In this document: positions 47,485 through 57,621 of the stretch, piece by piece
Position numbering within the stretch: position 1 is the first letter of the stretch
Layout: every line of letters begins with the position of its first letter
Virus record (IMG/VR): IMGVR_UViG_3300025030_000061
Location: 1-64,000 of that record
DNA: 64,000 nt
Reading direction: 5' to 3' (one strand)
Source: a virus
The notes under the pieces: generated by a model
Told to the model about the DNA's origin: nothing
What the model saw: the letters and a program-made list of their open reading frames with translations, nothing else
Databases searched by the model: none
Program-made: the position numbers and the translations under genes

Positions 47485-48081
47485 CTACCACTCGATCAAA
47501 ACGCTGCCGGGTTGGCCATCTGTCGCAACTGAAGTAGCGTAACCACCCCCGCCGATGGTGATTGCAATCGGGTTCGCGACCGTAAAATTCCCCGTCACGG
47601 TCCCCTTGATATATCCGCCACGCGCCCCTGGAGCTGCCAATAGCTCATCATCAGGCTCTCCGCCGAAATTTCCGGCGCCATCGGTCTGTGTGATTGCAGA
47701 GACTGCCCCTGTGTATGATTGACTACCGGCAACAGCCACGGCGTAGGGGTTATCAGAATCGCCGCCCGCGCCGCCGTTAGCTGTCATGGACCACCCTGAC
47801 CTGCTAACTGTGGTATTCGCCCCTAGTGAGCCGTCGTGCTGGCCGAAATTCTGTCCACCACCGCCGCCCGAACCTTTGACGGTGATCGTGACCGGGATTA
47901 CGCAGGTACCCATGTTGCCGGATAGACCGGTGGGCCAGTTGCCAGATGCTGTGATTGATGAGCTGCCGTGCAGCGTCGTTGGGGGGGTGCATTTAAGCGC
48001 TGATGTAAACCTCCGCGCTGATGGTCCTGCCCAACAGAGAGAGGGAAGCAGCAGGAGGATAATAAGGAGTCGTGCCAGCAT
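47485..48081 (-). CDS. glycine-rich tail-associated protein with signal peptide
   Basis: GSGGGGG..ANGGAGG..ITIGGGG..GQPGSVLIEW; hydrophobic N-terminus ending CWA. Confidence 0.65.
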   Translation of the reverse strand: MLARLLIILLLLPSLCWAGPSARRFTSALKCTPPTTLHGSSSITASGNWPTGLSGNMGTCVIPVTITVKGSGGGGGQNFGQHDGSLGANTTVSRSGWSMTANGGAGGDSDNPYAVAVAGSQSYTGAVSAITQTDGAGNFGGEPDDELLAAPGARGGYIKGTVTGNFTVANPIAITIGGGGYATSVATDGQPGSVLIEW

Positions 48082-51000
48082 TAATAGTTCCTCCCGCCGT
48101 CCGCGCCCATCGTATATGTGCTGGTCGAGTCCGACTTGAACACGTAGATGTCATATTTGCCGCTAGCGCTGGTTGATGTCGGCGCTGAACCGCCGCTCCA
48201 TTTGATCGTTCCACCGCCCGCCCATGTGACAGTGTGCGTGCCGCCGTATTTGACCGTGATCGTGAATGATTTTCCGGCAACGGGCGTCGGCAGAGTGATA
48301 GTCACATTTGCATTAGTCGTCAGCTCCTGGTCCATGCCGTTCGCCAAGTCGACGGTGAAGGATGACCCTGCCGATGGAGCGTAGGTGGTGTCTTTGAATT
48401 GCTGGCCGGTGATCGTAGTGCCAGTAACCGCCCCTGGGGTCGTGCCACCGATTGCGCCGGGGGCGGCAAGGTTTGGAATGTCGGTTGTATAGGCCATCGT
48501 TTTACGGGTAGGGCCGGTCGTTTGAGTGACGAATAGGTTTGTCCCATCCCACTCGACTGCTCCGGCCTCTGCGGCTGTCAGGTTGGTCCCCGCCGTAAAC
48601 TTAAGTGGAGAGGTGCTGGCCGTGGCGGTACCGGCCTTGAGGTGCAGTGCCGATGTTGGTGTAGTAATGCCTATACCCACGTTGCCGGTGTCGCCCTTAA
48701 TGCGAAACCGAGAGGTCATAGACCCGTTGCCGCCGATTGTGCCGAGGTAGATGGTCATATCGGTCTGCTGATCAGCGTCCGTGTACGCGGCAGAAGCGTC
48801 GGCTTGAATCGAAATCCCATTTTTGAGGCCGGTATCCCCGTAGCCATAACCCAACAGTGAGAAAACCCGCATGCCGGATGCTAGGGCAAGTGGAGAGGCC
48901 GCAGTACCACGACCGTTTTGGACTTGTATGGAGGGAAATCCGCCGTAGCCGGTCGCACCAGTGCCGTCCCAGTTCCGCACTAGAAGTTTGGGGTATTTGG
49001 CGGAAGAGTCCGAGCTATTTACTGCAAGAATCTCGACACTTTGGTTCGTCTGGTATGTCTGGATGGTGCCTATGTCCGAGACGGTGACGCCACTGGATCT
49101 CTGTGCGAGCTTGCCGGTGGTGCTGTCAAACCTTACGATCTCATTGTCCCCAGCAGATGCCGGCCCAACCATGTCCCCGCTGCCAGAGCCCATCGACTCG
49201 ATTTTGTCCCTGATGGCATTTTTGGAGGGCGCCGTCGTGGTATCTCCATCCCAAGATGTGGCGTCATAGGCGGTGTTACTGATGGCGGTTGCTGCGTTTG
49301 TCACTGTCTCCCATGTCCCTGGTGTTCCGGCTACGACGCATCGCCACCCGAGCGCGGAGCCTGCAGTCTGGTTGCTATTGTGGACAAAATCGTTGAGATC
49401 CCAGGTAAAACTGGTCGGAGCTGCCGCAGCAAACATGCGGTCCCCTTGAATGGTGCATCCCTTCCATGACACACCAGATAGGTAGTTATTGGCGTATTTC
49501 ACTGCCTGTTCATCTGCATAAAATGGAGATGCGGTCGCAATGGCATCGATATCCGTGGAAGCATTGCGCACCAGAGGGATTCCTGCGGTGTCCGCAGTGA
49601 TCGTGTTGCCGGTGAGCGGCAGGGTGGTCAGTGTTCTCTCGCCGACGATAAAAATGTTGCCGCTGGTGTCACTGTTCGCCAGGCGCATCGTATTGCCGGA
49701 AAACACACCTTTTCCGTTCCTGATCGACGCCAGTCCTACGACCGATGCGCCAGTGATGGTATTACCAGTGGCTTCCCACTGTTCAAGATTGCTGTGAGCG
49801 TCAATAGCTGTGGAAAAGTAAGCGTGCTGCGCTCCGGAAATTGTCAGTTCTTGCCCGTACTGCGCCGGGTCTTGCCAAAGGATTGAGTTCTTGACCACGT
49901 TGTTGTTGCTGATGATGCTGCGATCTGCCCCTAGTGCCACGTCATGTTTGCAGTTAGTGACGATGGCTCGGTCTATCGTGATGTTTGTCCCTGACGCCGC
50001 AATGCCGTACCCCATGCGCCCACCCGACACGCCGATTTTGTTCAGGTAACCGGTCGAATAGATGTCCTCCAAGACAAGGTTGTTCCCGGTCACGGCGAGA
50101 CCCGCGGCAGCGTTATCCGCACCGAGAAAGTCGCAGTTCCTGATGGTCACGTTAGAAGCGTACAGGCTCGCGCTGGTAATCGCTGTAGTGGCCGAACGGC
50201 TATCAAAAACCAGATCCTCTATTAATCCGTCATGCATACCGACGAACACGTCCATGGTCGCGGCGGTGATGGTATTGAGAGGCGGGATGTCCATGGTCGC
50301 AGTTGAACCAGACACCGACACTACCTGAGCCATGTGCCCCGCGTAGTAGTTGTAAAGATACGGCGCAGCGGGAATTAACCGGACCATGTCACCAGCAACG
50401 ACTGTAATTCCGCCTGGGATGGTGAATGTCAGCGAATCCTTGGTCACAGCAATGCTCTGGCCAGTGTTATTGCTCAACAGACCATAAGCGGAGAGCAGCC
50501 CGTATGCCGTATTGTTCCCGTAGATACGCGATCCGTAGCCGTGGATCTCCCCGCCGGTGATCCCTGCGAATGACAGCGTGTTGGTACCGATGTTGTAGGA
50601 CTGCTCGACTCCGAAATTCACGCTGGTGCCGGCTTTGATCCTGTTAACCAGGGACTGGATGTTCTGGTAGTCATCAGATCCATCACCAAGCGCCTGCCAC
50701 TCGATGTCTATTTCGTGGACCCTATCGCCCCACAGGATTGATCCTGAGATAAACCCTGAGAGGCAGCGCTGTTCTGGGAAATCTGTAGGACCATTGATAG
50801 TGAGGATGCCGCCGTTTCTCTGGATTAACGCGCCGGGTTGTAACCTCAGCGTTACGTTCTCTGGGATCGTTATATTGCTGGCCATGACCCATGTCCCAGT
50901 CGTGAGCACCAGAGTTTTGACCGTGGCGCCGATAGCAGTGATGGCCGCGTTAATGGTTGCCGAGGTGAGCGTTCCGCCGTTGTAGTCAATGGCGTACACC

Positions 51001-52265
51001 TCGTTATCCACATCTCCCGGCTGCAGCGCCGTCTCAGCCAACGCCCCCTGCGCCGCCGTTGCGTAATCGGTGGAGTCGGTAGCGGCTGCGGTGCCGAGGG
51101 TGGGCTTGCCGGTAAGATCGGAATACGCGCCGGAAGTGGCGACGGTAGGGAGATCGCCAGGCTGAACAGAAGTAGTCCCGAGTGCCGCGCCCGCGGCCTG
51201 CCCATCTATTGCATCCTTGACAGCCTTGACCGCCGCCGAGTTCGCCGCCGTGGTCGTTGAGGTGGAGGTGGTGGATGAGGAAAGCTCAGTCTCTTTGATG
51301 ATGTTGGCATCGGCGGGTTCGTAGGTTCCGGAGTGGTTATGGCCGGTCGCCGCTTTAGCCTCCATCTCCGATGAAGTTACGCCGCCCTTCTTTACTCCTG
51401 GTGCTGGCAGCCGGTCGCCGTCGAACGTTCCAGAAGTGATTGTGCTCGCCGCCTGGTTATGAATTGTGGCTGCTTTACCGTCCAGGGCTGTCTGGGTTGC
51501 CGTGCTAATAGGTTTGCTAGCGTCGCTGGTGTTCTCTGCGTTGCCGAGCCCGACCTGGCCCTTGGTGACTGAGTGAGGGTTGCTGGTGTTCCCGGTGTGG
51601 GTAGTGAGGCCGGTTTGCACGGCTGCAGCTGATCCGGATGGGTCCGCTCCGACCTGAACTGCTGTCGGGATCGGGATGGTGACCTCGGTTGCATCGGCCG
51701 CAGCGTTGTCGGCCGCCGTGACGCCGGCGCCTTTGAAGTTGAGCTTGGCTCTTGAGGTGAGGCTGCCGCCTTCATCCTGGATGGTGTGCTTGGTGCCTGC
51801 GGAGAGCCCGTCCAGTTTGGTCTTGTCGGTACCGGACATAAGGCCGGCCGCCGACTGTGTCGCCGCCGGGATCCCGTCGGATCCCTCGCCTGCATGGCTG
51901 GATCCGTGCGAGGTCGGGGTCCTCGCGTTGGCGTTGCGCGTGTCCGAGTCAGTGACGTATTTGTTGGTGGTGCTGGGGGTGCCTGATGTCCCGGTCATAG
52001 CACCCTTCTCTGGCGTCGTCGGGATGTTTAGATGGTTGTAATTGCTCTCATGCGATATGACAGCTGCCGTCCCTTGCCCGGTGATCTCGACTCTCCCGGT
52101 ACCGGTGCCGATAAACAGACGCTTGCTGTCGGTGGTCCACCTGGGTCGTGCGATGGGCACTGCTGCTGGCAGATTGGCCTCGTTGCCGTTGGGTAGTTCG
52201 ATGTCGGCAGCGATTGCGACAGCTGCAGTTAAAAATAGAATGAGCAGGAAAAGGTATCGTTTCAT
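48081..52265 (-). CDS. tail fibre/tailspike-like protein (1394 aa) with beta-helix region and N-terminal signal peptide
   Basis: Fibre motifs (GLMSGTDKTKLDG, NPHSVTKGQVGLGN, GNVGIG), central Asn/Gly-rich beta-helix region, position in tail module. Confidence 0.8.
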   Translation of the reverse strand: MKRYLFLLILFLTAAVAIAADIELPNGNEANLPAAVPIARPRWTTDSKRLFIGTGTGRVEITGQGTAAVISHESNYNHLNIPTTPEKGAMTGTSGTPSTTNKYVTDSDTRNANARTPTSHGSSHAGEGSDGIPAATQSAAGLMSGTDKTKLDGLSAGTKHTIQDEGGSLTSRAKLNFKGAGVTAADNAAADATEVTIPIPTAVQVGADPSGSAAAVQTGLTTHTGNTSNPHSVTKGQVGLGNAENTSDASKPISTATQTALDGKAATIHNQAASTITSGTFDGDRLPAPGVKKGGVTSSEMEAKAATGHNHSGTYEPADANIIKETELSSSTTSTSTTTAANSAAVKAVKDAIDGQAAGAALGTTSVQPGDLPTVATSGAYSDLTGKPTLGTAAATDSTDYATAAQGALAETALQPGDVDNEVYAIDYNGGTLTSATINAAITAIGATVKTLVLTTGTWVMASNITIPENVTLRLQPGALIQRNGGILTINGPTDFPEQRCLSGFISGSILWGDRVHEIDIEWQALGDGSDDYQNIQSLVNRIKAGTSVNFGVEQSYNIGTNTLSFAGITGGEIHGYGSRIYGNNTAYGLLSAYGLLSNNTGQSIAVTKDSLTFTIPGGITVVAGDMVRLIPAAPYLYNYYAGHMAQVVSVSGSTATMDIPPLNTITAATMDVFVGMHDGLIEDLVFDSRSATTAITSASLYASNVTIRNCDFLGADNAAAGLAVTGNNLVLEDIYSTGYLNKIGVSGGRMGYGIAASGTNITIDRAIVTNCKHDVALGADRSIISNNNVVKNSILWQDPAQYGQELTISGAQHAYFSTAIDAHSNLEQWEATGNTITGASVVGLASIRNGKGVFSGNTMRLANSDTSGNIFIVGERTLTTLPLTGNTITADTAGIPLVRNASTDIDAIATASPFYADEQAVKYANNYLSGVSWKGCTIQGDRMFAAAAPTSFTWDLNDFVHNSNQTAGSALGWRCVVAGTPGTWETVTNAATAISNTAYDATSWDGDTTTAPSKNAIRDKIESMGSGSGDMVGPASAGDNEIVRFDSTTGKLAQRSSGVTVSDIGTIQTYQTNQSVEILAVNSSDSSAKYPKLLVRNWDGTGATGYGGFPSIQVQNGRGTAASPLALASGMRVFSLLGYGYGDTGLKNGISIQADASAAYTDADQQTDMTIYLGTIGGNGSMTSRFRIKGDTGNVGIGITTPTSALHLKAGTATASTSPLKFTAGTNLTAAEAGAVEWDGTNLFVTQTTGPTRKTMAYTTDIPNLAAPGAIGGTTPGAVTGTTITGQQFKDTTYAPSAGSSFTVDLANGMDQELTTNANVTITLPTPVAGKSFTITVKYGGTHTVTWAGGGTIKWSGGSAPTSTSASGKYDIYVFKSDSTSTYTMGADGGRNY

Positions 52266-52267
52266 GA

Positions 52268-53161
52268 CTAGAAATTTCCTCCACCAATCACGTCTGGGAA
52301 CGTGATCAGAATTATGGTCGTGTCGTTCAGGGCGTCGTCCTGAAGCGAAACGGCGAAGAGGTTACCCTCTATTTCGAAGTCGAACTTGAGCTTGCTCCGC
52401 TGTGGCATGGCGTTGCCGACTGGATTGATAATCATGTGCCCAGAGCTTTGATCATTGCCGGGCCATGCACTGCCATTCCACCGCGGCAGTTCCTCTGCCT
52501 CGCTGATTTTGCCAAGGGCGGCCGAGTTGGCGTGGGTGTGCAGGCGTCCGTCATTGTCGCCTACTACCAGGGGATCGGCTGGGTTCTGAGCTGCGGTGGC
52601 CAGCCGGACTATCCCGTAAAGAACATCGGTGGCGGAGATCGCGCCGCCCGCCACCGCTATATCTTGGATGGTGGCGATCGGATTCCCTGCGCTGGGGCTG
52701 TGTGCTGCGTCCAGGGCTGCATTCTGCGCCTCAGTCAGGTGCTTGCTGTTGTCCTGGACGTGCAGTGCTAAGGCCGAGGTTTGCGCTGGCGTGAGTTGTG
52801 CGCCAGAGACGGCGAAATCGGACCATTTGAGCGGCTGATCCGACTCGATGATTGGCGCCACAAACGGGCGGGCACCGGCTACGTTGAGCAGGGTGCAGCG
52901 ATAGAACACCTGACGGTCGGCCCGGGAGGTGGGCCAGAGATCGATCTTGTATTCCCCGACCTTGAGTTCCTCGGTGTCCTCGGTGGCCGTGTAGACGTAG
53001 AGCGGGATTGGGATGTAGCGCTCGTGATCCGTCGCGTCGACCGCATCAGTGGGGATGCCCCCCAGGAGGGAGAGCACGAATTCTATTCTTATCCCCCCCT
53101 GGGGCTCTCCGTTTGGTCCTCGTAAAGGCTGGCCGATATTGTTCAGTTCTCGTTTTAGCAT
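52268..53161 (-). CDS. tail-associated structural protein
   Basis: Fibre-type motif ATDVLYGIVRLA; shares the R.KL.F..DD motif with the fibre protein. Confidence 0.55.
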   Translation of the reverse strand: MLKRELNNIGQPLRGPNGEPQGGIRIEFVLSLLGGIPTDAVDATDHERYIPIPLYVYTATEDTEELKVGEYKIDLWPTSRADRQVFYRCTLLNVAGARPFVAPIIESDQPLKWSDFAVSGAQLTPAQTSALALHVQDNSKHLTEAQNAALDAAHSPSAGNPIATIQDIAVAGGAISATDVLYGIVRLATAAQNPADPLVVGDNDGRLHTHANSAALGKISEAEELPRWNGSAWPGNDQSSGHMIINPVGNAMPQRSKLKFDFEIEGNLFAVSLQDDALNDTTIILITFPDVIGGGNF

Positions 53162-53202
53162 TTCTGCTCCTGGCTCATGTTTTGGTATGCGCTACACTCA
53201 GG

Positions 53203-53532
53203 TCACAGAAATTCGTCCAACTTGTCGGCGGGCACCTGAACGTGAATGGCAATAATCCGGAGCAGCTTCATATATCTGAGGGATTCATGCTGGACGGCGC
53301 AGACTGTAGCCTTGGTCGCCGCCCGACATGCCGTGCAATCTTCTTTCTCGGTCTCATGCTTGGTTATGCAATCCTCCTTGAGGGTCTTATGTTTTGCCGC
53401 GCAGTCTCTTTTTGTGGCGTACTCGGAGCCCTTGATCTTGCGCCAGAGGTCTCCGGCCATGGGACCGAGCATGGATCCTACGACGAGCGAAATGACTCCT
53501 GTGATTATGGCGTTGTCGTCGATTGCGGGCAT
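53203..53532 (-). CDS. holin-like small membrane protein
   Basis: Single N-terminal TM segment followed by a charged region; in the late operon. Confidence 0.4.
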   Translation of the reverse strand: MPAIDDNAIITGVISLVVGSMLGPMAGDLWRKIKGSEYATKRDCAAKHKTLKEDCITKHETEKEDCTACRAATKATVCAVQHESLRYMKLLRIIAIHVQVPADKLDEFL

Positions 53533-53609
53533 GGTCCGGTTTACTCCTGTAGTGGTGGCTGAATGTTGGTGTAGTTACTGTTTTTTGTGAATCAACTGTG
53601 CAGCGGTTT

Positions 53610-55772
53610 TTATTGTACGACCCTTACATTGTAGGCGCTGGCAGTGGGTGTCAGGGCAATGGCTCCGCAAACCTTGACTGTCACCGTGTCTGTGGCCGAC
53701 ACGTGCGCCGACCAGTACGCCCCGTCGCCTGGGTAGGTGACGGGTGAAGCGCTAGCGGTCATGCCAGTAGCGGCACCCGTTACGGTCAGCGCGCCACTGG
53801 TGCAAGCACCCGCAGCAAGTGCCCCGCCGCCGATACTGCCGGTGGTGCCGGTCAGGGTGGCCCCCGTGACGTATCCGTTGGTGAGCGTCGCCGCAGTCCC
53901 GAGTTTGACGCGCCCGCCGATTTGATTGATAGTTGTGTTGGCCACGCTGACCGAGTCCACAATGCGTATCTCGTAGGTCCCACCCCCCAGCACTTCAAAC
54001 TTATTGCCGAAGATGTCTGTGTCGGTGGTGAGGTCCATATATATTGCGTTAGTTACATTCTGCAACTCAAAGCGGTTGTTCTTAATTCTGGTCCCGCTGA
54101 CTATCAGGTGGTTCGGGTGTGAACCGGTCGATGGGTATCCGCTCAGTCGGATCATGTAGGTAGCGGTGTCGCTGCTGCGCTTGATGAAGTAGTTGTTGAC
54201 GAAATCGGAGTTCTTAGAGTTGTAGGCCAAAACTCCGCCTTCCTCCACTATGTTCTCGGATACGAGGTTGTTGCCAGCGTTATATATCTCCAGATTGTAC
54301 TTTGTATTAGAGGTGCCCCGCATGATCCAGACCACGGAGCCGTCGGTGACGGATTGGCCTATCACCTTGGCCCCGCCCGCTTCTCCGTCCGTGGCGATAC
54401 TGGGGGTGGACCCTGCACTGGTCCCGGCAGTGGTGCATTCCCACACAGTTGTTCCCGAGTCCCATTTGACCAAGTCTCCCGCCGAATACTCCGTGGAGTT
54501 TGCCCTGGTGGCTGAGGCAGGCGTGTGGTACAGGTGGTTGTTTGCGACGATTGCGTCCTGTTTGACGGCGATATCGTTCAAGCCTGTTGCATCCCATTCT
54601 CCTTGGGTCGGCGTGGGGTTGGTCCCCTCGTAGTATCCTTCAGGCGCGTCCCAGTACTGAGCGATGAACACGTTGTTCACGCCGTTGTCGTAGCAGTCGT
54701 TACCCGTGATGGCTATCTTGGTGCCGCCGAAACCCAAGTTAGTTTCGCCAGCGTAGATGCCGTAGTAGTTTTTGAAACAGTGATTTCCTTTGATGATCAC
54801 ATTGGACGATGCCCGCAGTCCTATTCCTGCATCATGCTTGTTCTCGTAGAACCAGTTATTCGTGACGGTCACGCCTGACACTTCCCCAAGGTAAAGTCCC
54901 TTTTTCCCCGCATCCGTCCCGGTGTTGCCGTCAAACACGTTGCGTTTGCCGAGGGTGGGCACGCCCATGCTGTTTGCGGTCACCCGAGTAACATAATTGC
55001 GCCGGATCATGCAGTCGTCGCCGGTGACGCTTATCCCGTAGTTAGCATTTTTGGACCAGTCGAACACGCCACTCCATCCGGCGGTTTCGTAGCCCCAACT
55101 CTGGTTGTATCGGTTGCCGTCCACGTAGCAATCTTCGATGAGCATCCTATCCCCGGATGCTTGGATACCGGTAAATGAAGTGTCGTTGCCCGCTACCGCA
55201 TAATCCTTGAACTTTATCCGTAGGCCCTTGAGAGTGATGTCGTCTCGGTACGCGTCGACAACCGCATTTATGATGTAGAGCCTGTCTGTGCCCTTTAGGG
55301 TCCCGCCTGCGGCCACAGCCTTGATTGCCTTGTTAATCTCCACTTGGTCGCTGACACCGTCGGCCCCCCACATGTCTGGCGTTGCCTGGCTTAAACCCTC
55401 TATCCTGCCCGTGCCAGCAAATATCCGGTAGTCTCCTGTCGTTTCAACAGTGCCGACCTTGAACACGGTTGTGTTGCCGAGGCTGCCGCCCTTCGCTATT
55501 TTGAGCGCACGGTCTGTCGGCCAGGCACCACCCGGCAGGGTTGCGCTGGAGATGTTGGACTGCACTGCGGTAAGCGCGGAGGTTACCACTATTGTTTTGC
55601 CGGCGGCGCTCGGTGCGACCGCCACTTCGGAAAGTGTTTTTTTAACGGTGTAGGTTCCTCCGGGCTCCATAACCAGTATCGCCGCAGAAGATTCGCCACA
55701 GGCCGCCAGCATGATGCTCAGAAGTGCAATATAGATCAGTTGTCTCATGGCTTTTTCAGTCTCCTTGTTCAT
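53610..55772 (-). CDS. right-handed beta-helix (pectin-lyase-like) protein with lipoprotein-type signal
   Basis: MRQLIYIALLSIMLAAC; DMWGADG, repeated I.GN/NN beta-helix turns. Confidence 0.75.
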   Translation of the reverse strand: MNKETEKAMRQLIYIALLSIMLAACGESSAAILVMEPGGTYTVKKTLSEVAVAPSAAGKTIVVTSALTAVQSNISSATLPGGAWPTDRALKIAKGGSLGNTTVFKVGTVETTGDYRIFAGTGRIEGLSQATPDMWGADGVSDQVEINKAIKAVAAGGTLKGTDRLYIINAVVDAYRDDITLKGLRIKFKDYAVAGNDTSFTGIQASGDRMLIEDCYVDGNRYNQSWGYETAGWSGVFDWSKNANYGISVTGDDCMIRRNYVTRVTANSMGVPTLGKRNVFDGNTGTDAGKKGLYLGEVSGVTVTNNWFYENKHDAGIGLRASSNVIIKGNHCFKNYYGIYAGETNLGFGGTKIAITGNDCYDNGVNNVFIAQYWDAPEGYYEGTNPTPTQGEWDATGLNDIAVKQDAIVANNHLYHTPASATRANSTEYSAGDLVKWDSGTTVWECTTAGTSAGSTPSIATDGEAGGAKVIGQSVTDGSVVWIMRGTSNTKYNLEIYNAGNNLVSENIVEEGGVLAYNSKNSDFVNNYFIKRSSDTATYMIRLSGYPSTGSHPNHLIVSGTRIKNNRFELQNVTNAIYMDLTTDTDIFGNKFEVLGGGTYEIRIVDSVSVANTTINQIGGRVKLGTAATLTNGYVTGATLTGTTGSIGGGALAAGACTSGALTVTGAATGMTASASPVTYPGDGAYWSAHVSATDTVTVKVCGAIALTPTASAYNVRVVQ

Positions 55773-55782
55773 CCGAAGTGTT

Positions 55783-56676
55783 TTATTCCTGGAACCAGTT
55801 GTTGCCGTTCTTTTTTAACTGGATCGTCTCGTCCTGTCCTGAAAGCGGCCAGGACTCGAGACGCATCACCGTGTCGCCTTCCTGGGGGATAAGGTTGATC
55901 AAATTTGCTGTGGCGTCGATCTTGGTGATCCTGACGGTGCCGTCGGTCGGCATTGTGTAGTCAATGTCTCCGGCTTCAGCGTCGGCAAAGACCTTGACGT
56001 TGTGCTCGGTCTCGGCAAAGGATGCGCTGATATTGCGGGTGATCTCGCCGGTGAGTTTGAGTAGCAGACTGCGGTTGTCCTGAACCATGCCGGCGGTGAT
56101 GGTGTTGTCTCCTTCCAGCCGGTTCAGTGTCGCTAGCCGGTAGCGCCAGTGGTATGCTTCCAGCTCATCCAGGCCATCGGCAGGCATGGCGACGCCTTCG
56201 GACACCTTGATGGCCCAGAAGAGCCGGAGCCTGCACGATGTCCTAGCGCCGATGACTGGATCGATAATGGTCGGGTCCGCTACACCGTTCACCTCGGCGT
56301 ACCAGGTGTCGAGGTAGACGATGTCGGTCCGGTCGGCTACGGGGGTGGACAGCGCCAACTGCGTCTCGGGCTGGCCCGTGAAGGTGGTGTTTGCGGCGAG
56401 GTATTGTATCCAGCCTTGGACGTGGATGTTGCCGGCCAGCACGGAGAAGTCGTTGACCGCTCCCGACCCCACGATCTGGAAACCGTCGTCTGGGGAGCCA
56501 TCGGCAAGAAAGGCCATCAGCATGCGCCGGAAGCGCTGTACCAGCATCTCCTGGGAGGCATTGATTTCGTCGTCGAGCCACGGCCGCCCCTGTTCCTTGA
56601 GGACCAGGATGTCGTTCTTAGCGTCGTCGTAGGAGAAGCGGGAGTAGTTCCCGATCCAGTTGAGTCCTCTGTACAT
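55783..56676 (-). CDS. baseplate/tail-fibre attachment protein (DUF6519-like N-terminus)
   Basis: GNYSRF..EQGRPWLDDEIN..RTDIVYLD.W..DP; follows the baseplate wedge gene. Confidence 0.6.
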   Translation of the reverse strand: MYRGLNWIGNYSRFSYDDAKNDILVLKEQGRPWLDDEINASQEMLVQRFRRMLMAFLADGSPDDGFQIVGSGAVNDFSVLAGNIHVQGWIQYLAANTTFTGQPETQLALSTPVADRTDIVYLDTWYAEVNGVADPTIIDPVIGARTSCRLRLFWAIKVSEGVAMPADGLDELEAYHWRYRLATLNRLEGDNTITAGMVQDNRSLLLKLTGEITRNISASFAETEHNVKVFADAEAGDIDYTMPTDGTVRITKIDATANLINLIPQEGDTVMRLESWPLSGQDETIQLKKNGNNWFQE

Positions 56677-56685
56677 TGTCCCTCC

Positions 56686-57621
56686 CTATATGGCTATCTC
56701 GGTCCAACCGGTGGACTTCGGGCCTGCCACGTAGCCCCTGCTGTTCAGCATCCCGGCTGGGTCGTTGGCGATCAGCAGCTCGTCAGGCGCGAAGTACGCA
56801 GCGCGCTTGCCGGCCGCCTTGTACCTGGTGATGATGTTGACGATGGCCGCCTTGTCTCGATCATTCAAGTTGTTGATGTTCCCGCTGTGGACGTAGACGC
56901 CAATCCAGCCATTTCTGACGTCGATAGTGCCGGTGTCCAGGATGGTGGATACCGACTCGGTGTCGTTGGATAGCCCGCTGAAGCTGTTGGAATAGAGGCA
57001 GCCGTTGGGGATGTCGCCCATATCGCGCACATCCACGAAATGGTCCACAGCCTCCATGATCAGCTTCATTAGCGCCTTGTTGTTGACCTTGAGTGTCAGT
57101 ACTTCGGCCCTGGCGCGCTGCAGATATTGGCTGTCACTTTCTCCCTGGATGCGCGGGACAGTGAAGAAGTCGGCCATCCAGTAGTCGAGCCAGTCGTCCT
57201 GGGCTGTCTGCGCGTACAACTGGCGCTCCGCTGCCCGGCGCTGTGACTCCTGTCCTTCGAGAGCTCCAGCGTAGACCTGGAACTCGCAGTAAGAGGCGCT
57301 GCCTGGGTAGTAGAGTTTGGGATCGCGGGCCAGGTCGAGGGTTTCGGAGAGAATTCCCTTGGCAAGCTTGGCGCCGTGACTGGCAGATGCCATGGTCGCG
57401 TCGTAACCGGGGACGGACTGGATAGTGGCGACCAGCTGCGCCACGGTCATTTCGGCGAAAGGGATAACTGTGGTGTCGAGGCCAGCAGCGAAGAGGGTAA
57501 GTCGGTAATCCTTGACGGTGGCGGTGGCAGGGAAGCTCTCGACGGCGATATTCACAACGGGGGTGCGCTGCGGGTTCTTGTCGAATATCCTATGCAGCCG
57601 TGATAGGAGGCGAGTCAGCAT
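56686..57621 (-). CDS. baseplate wedge (gpI-like) protein
   Basis: TAQDDWLDYW..R..GESDSQY..R..YKAAG; follows baseplate J. Confidence 0.7.
   Translation of the reverse strand: MLTRLLSRLHRIFDKNPQRTPVVNIAVESFPATATVKDYRLTLFAAGLDTTVIPFAEMTVAQLVATIQSVPGYDATMASASHGAKLAKGILSETLDLARDPKLYYPGSASYCEFQVYAGALEGQESQRRAAERQLYAQTAQDDWLDYWMADFFTVPRIQGESDSQYLQRARAEVLTLKVNNKALMKLIMEAVDHFVDVRDMGDIPNGCLYSNSFSGLSNDTESVSTILDTGTIDVRNGWIGVYVHSGNINNLNDRDKAAIVNIITRYKAAGKRAAYFAPDELLIANDPAGMLNSRGYVAGPKSTGWTEIAI

Noticed and set aside
48081-55772. Second DGR target in the tail fibre genes
   Set aside because: No TR-like sequence or CLec C-terminus was seen by eye; a BLAST search of the TR would settle it.
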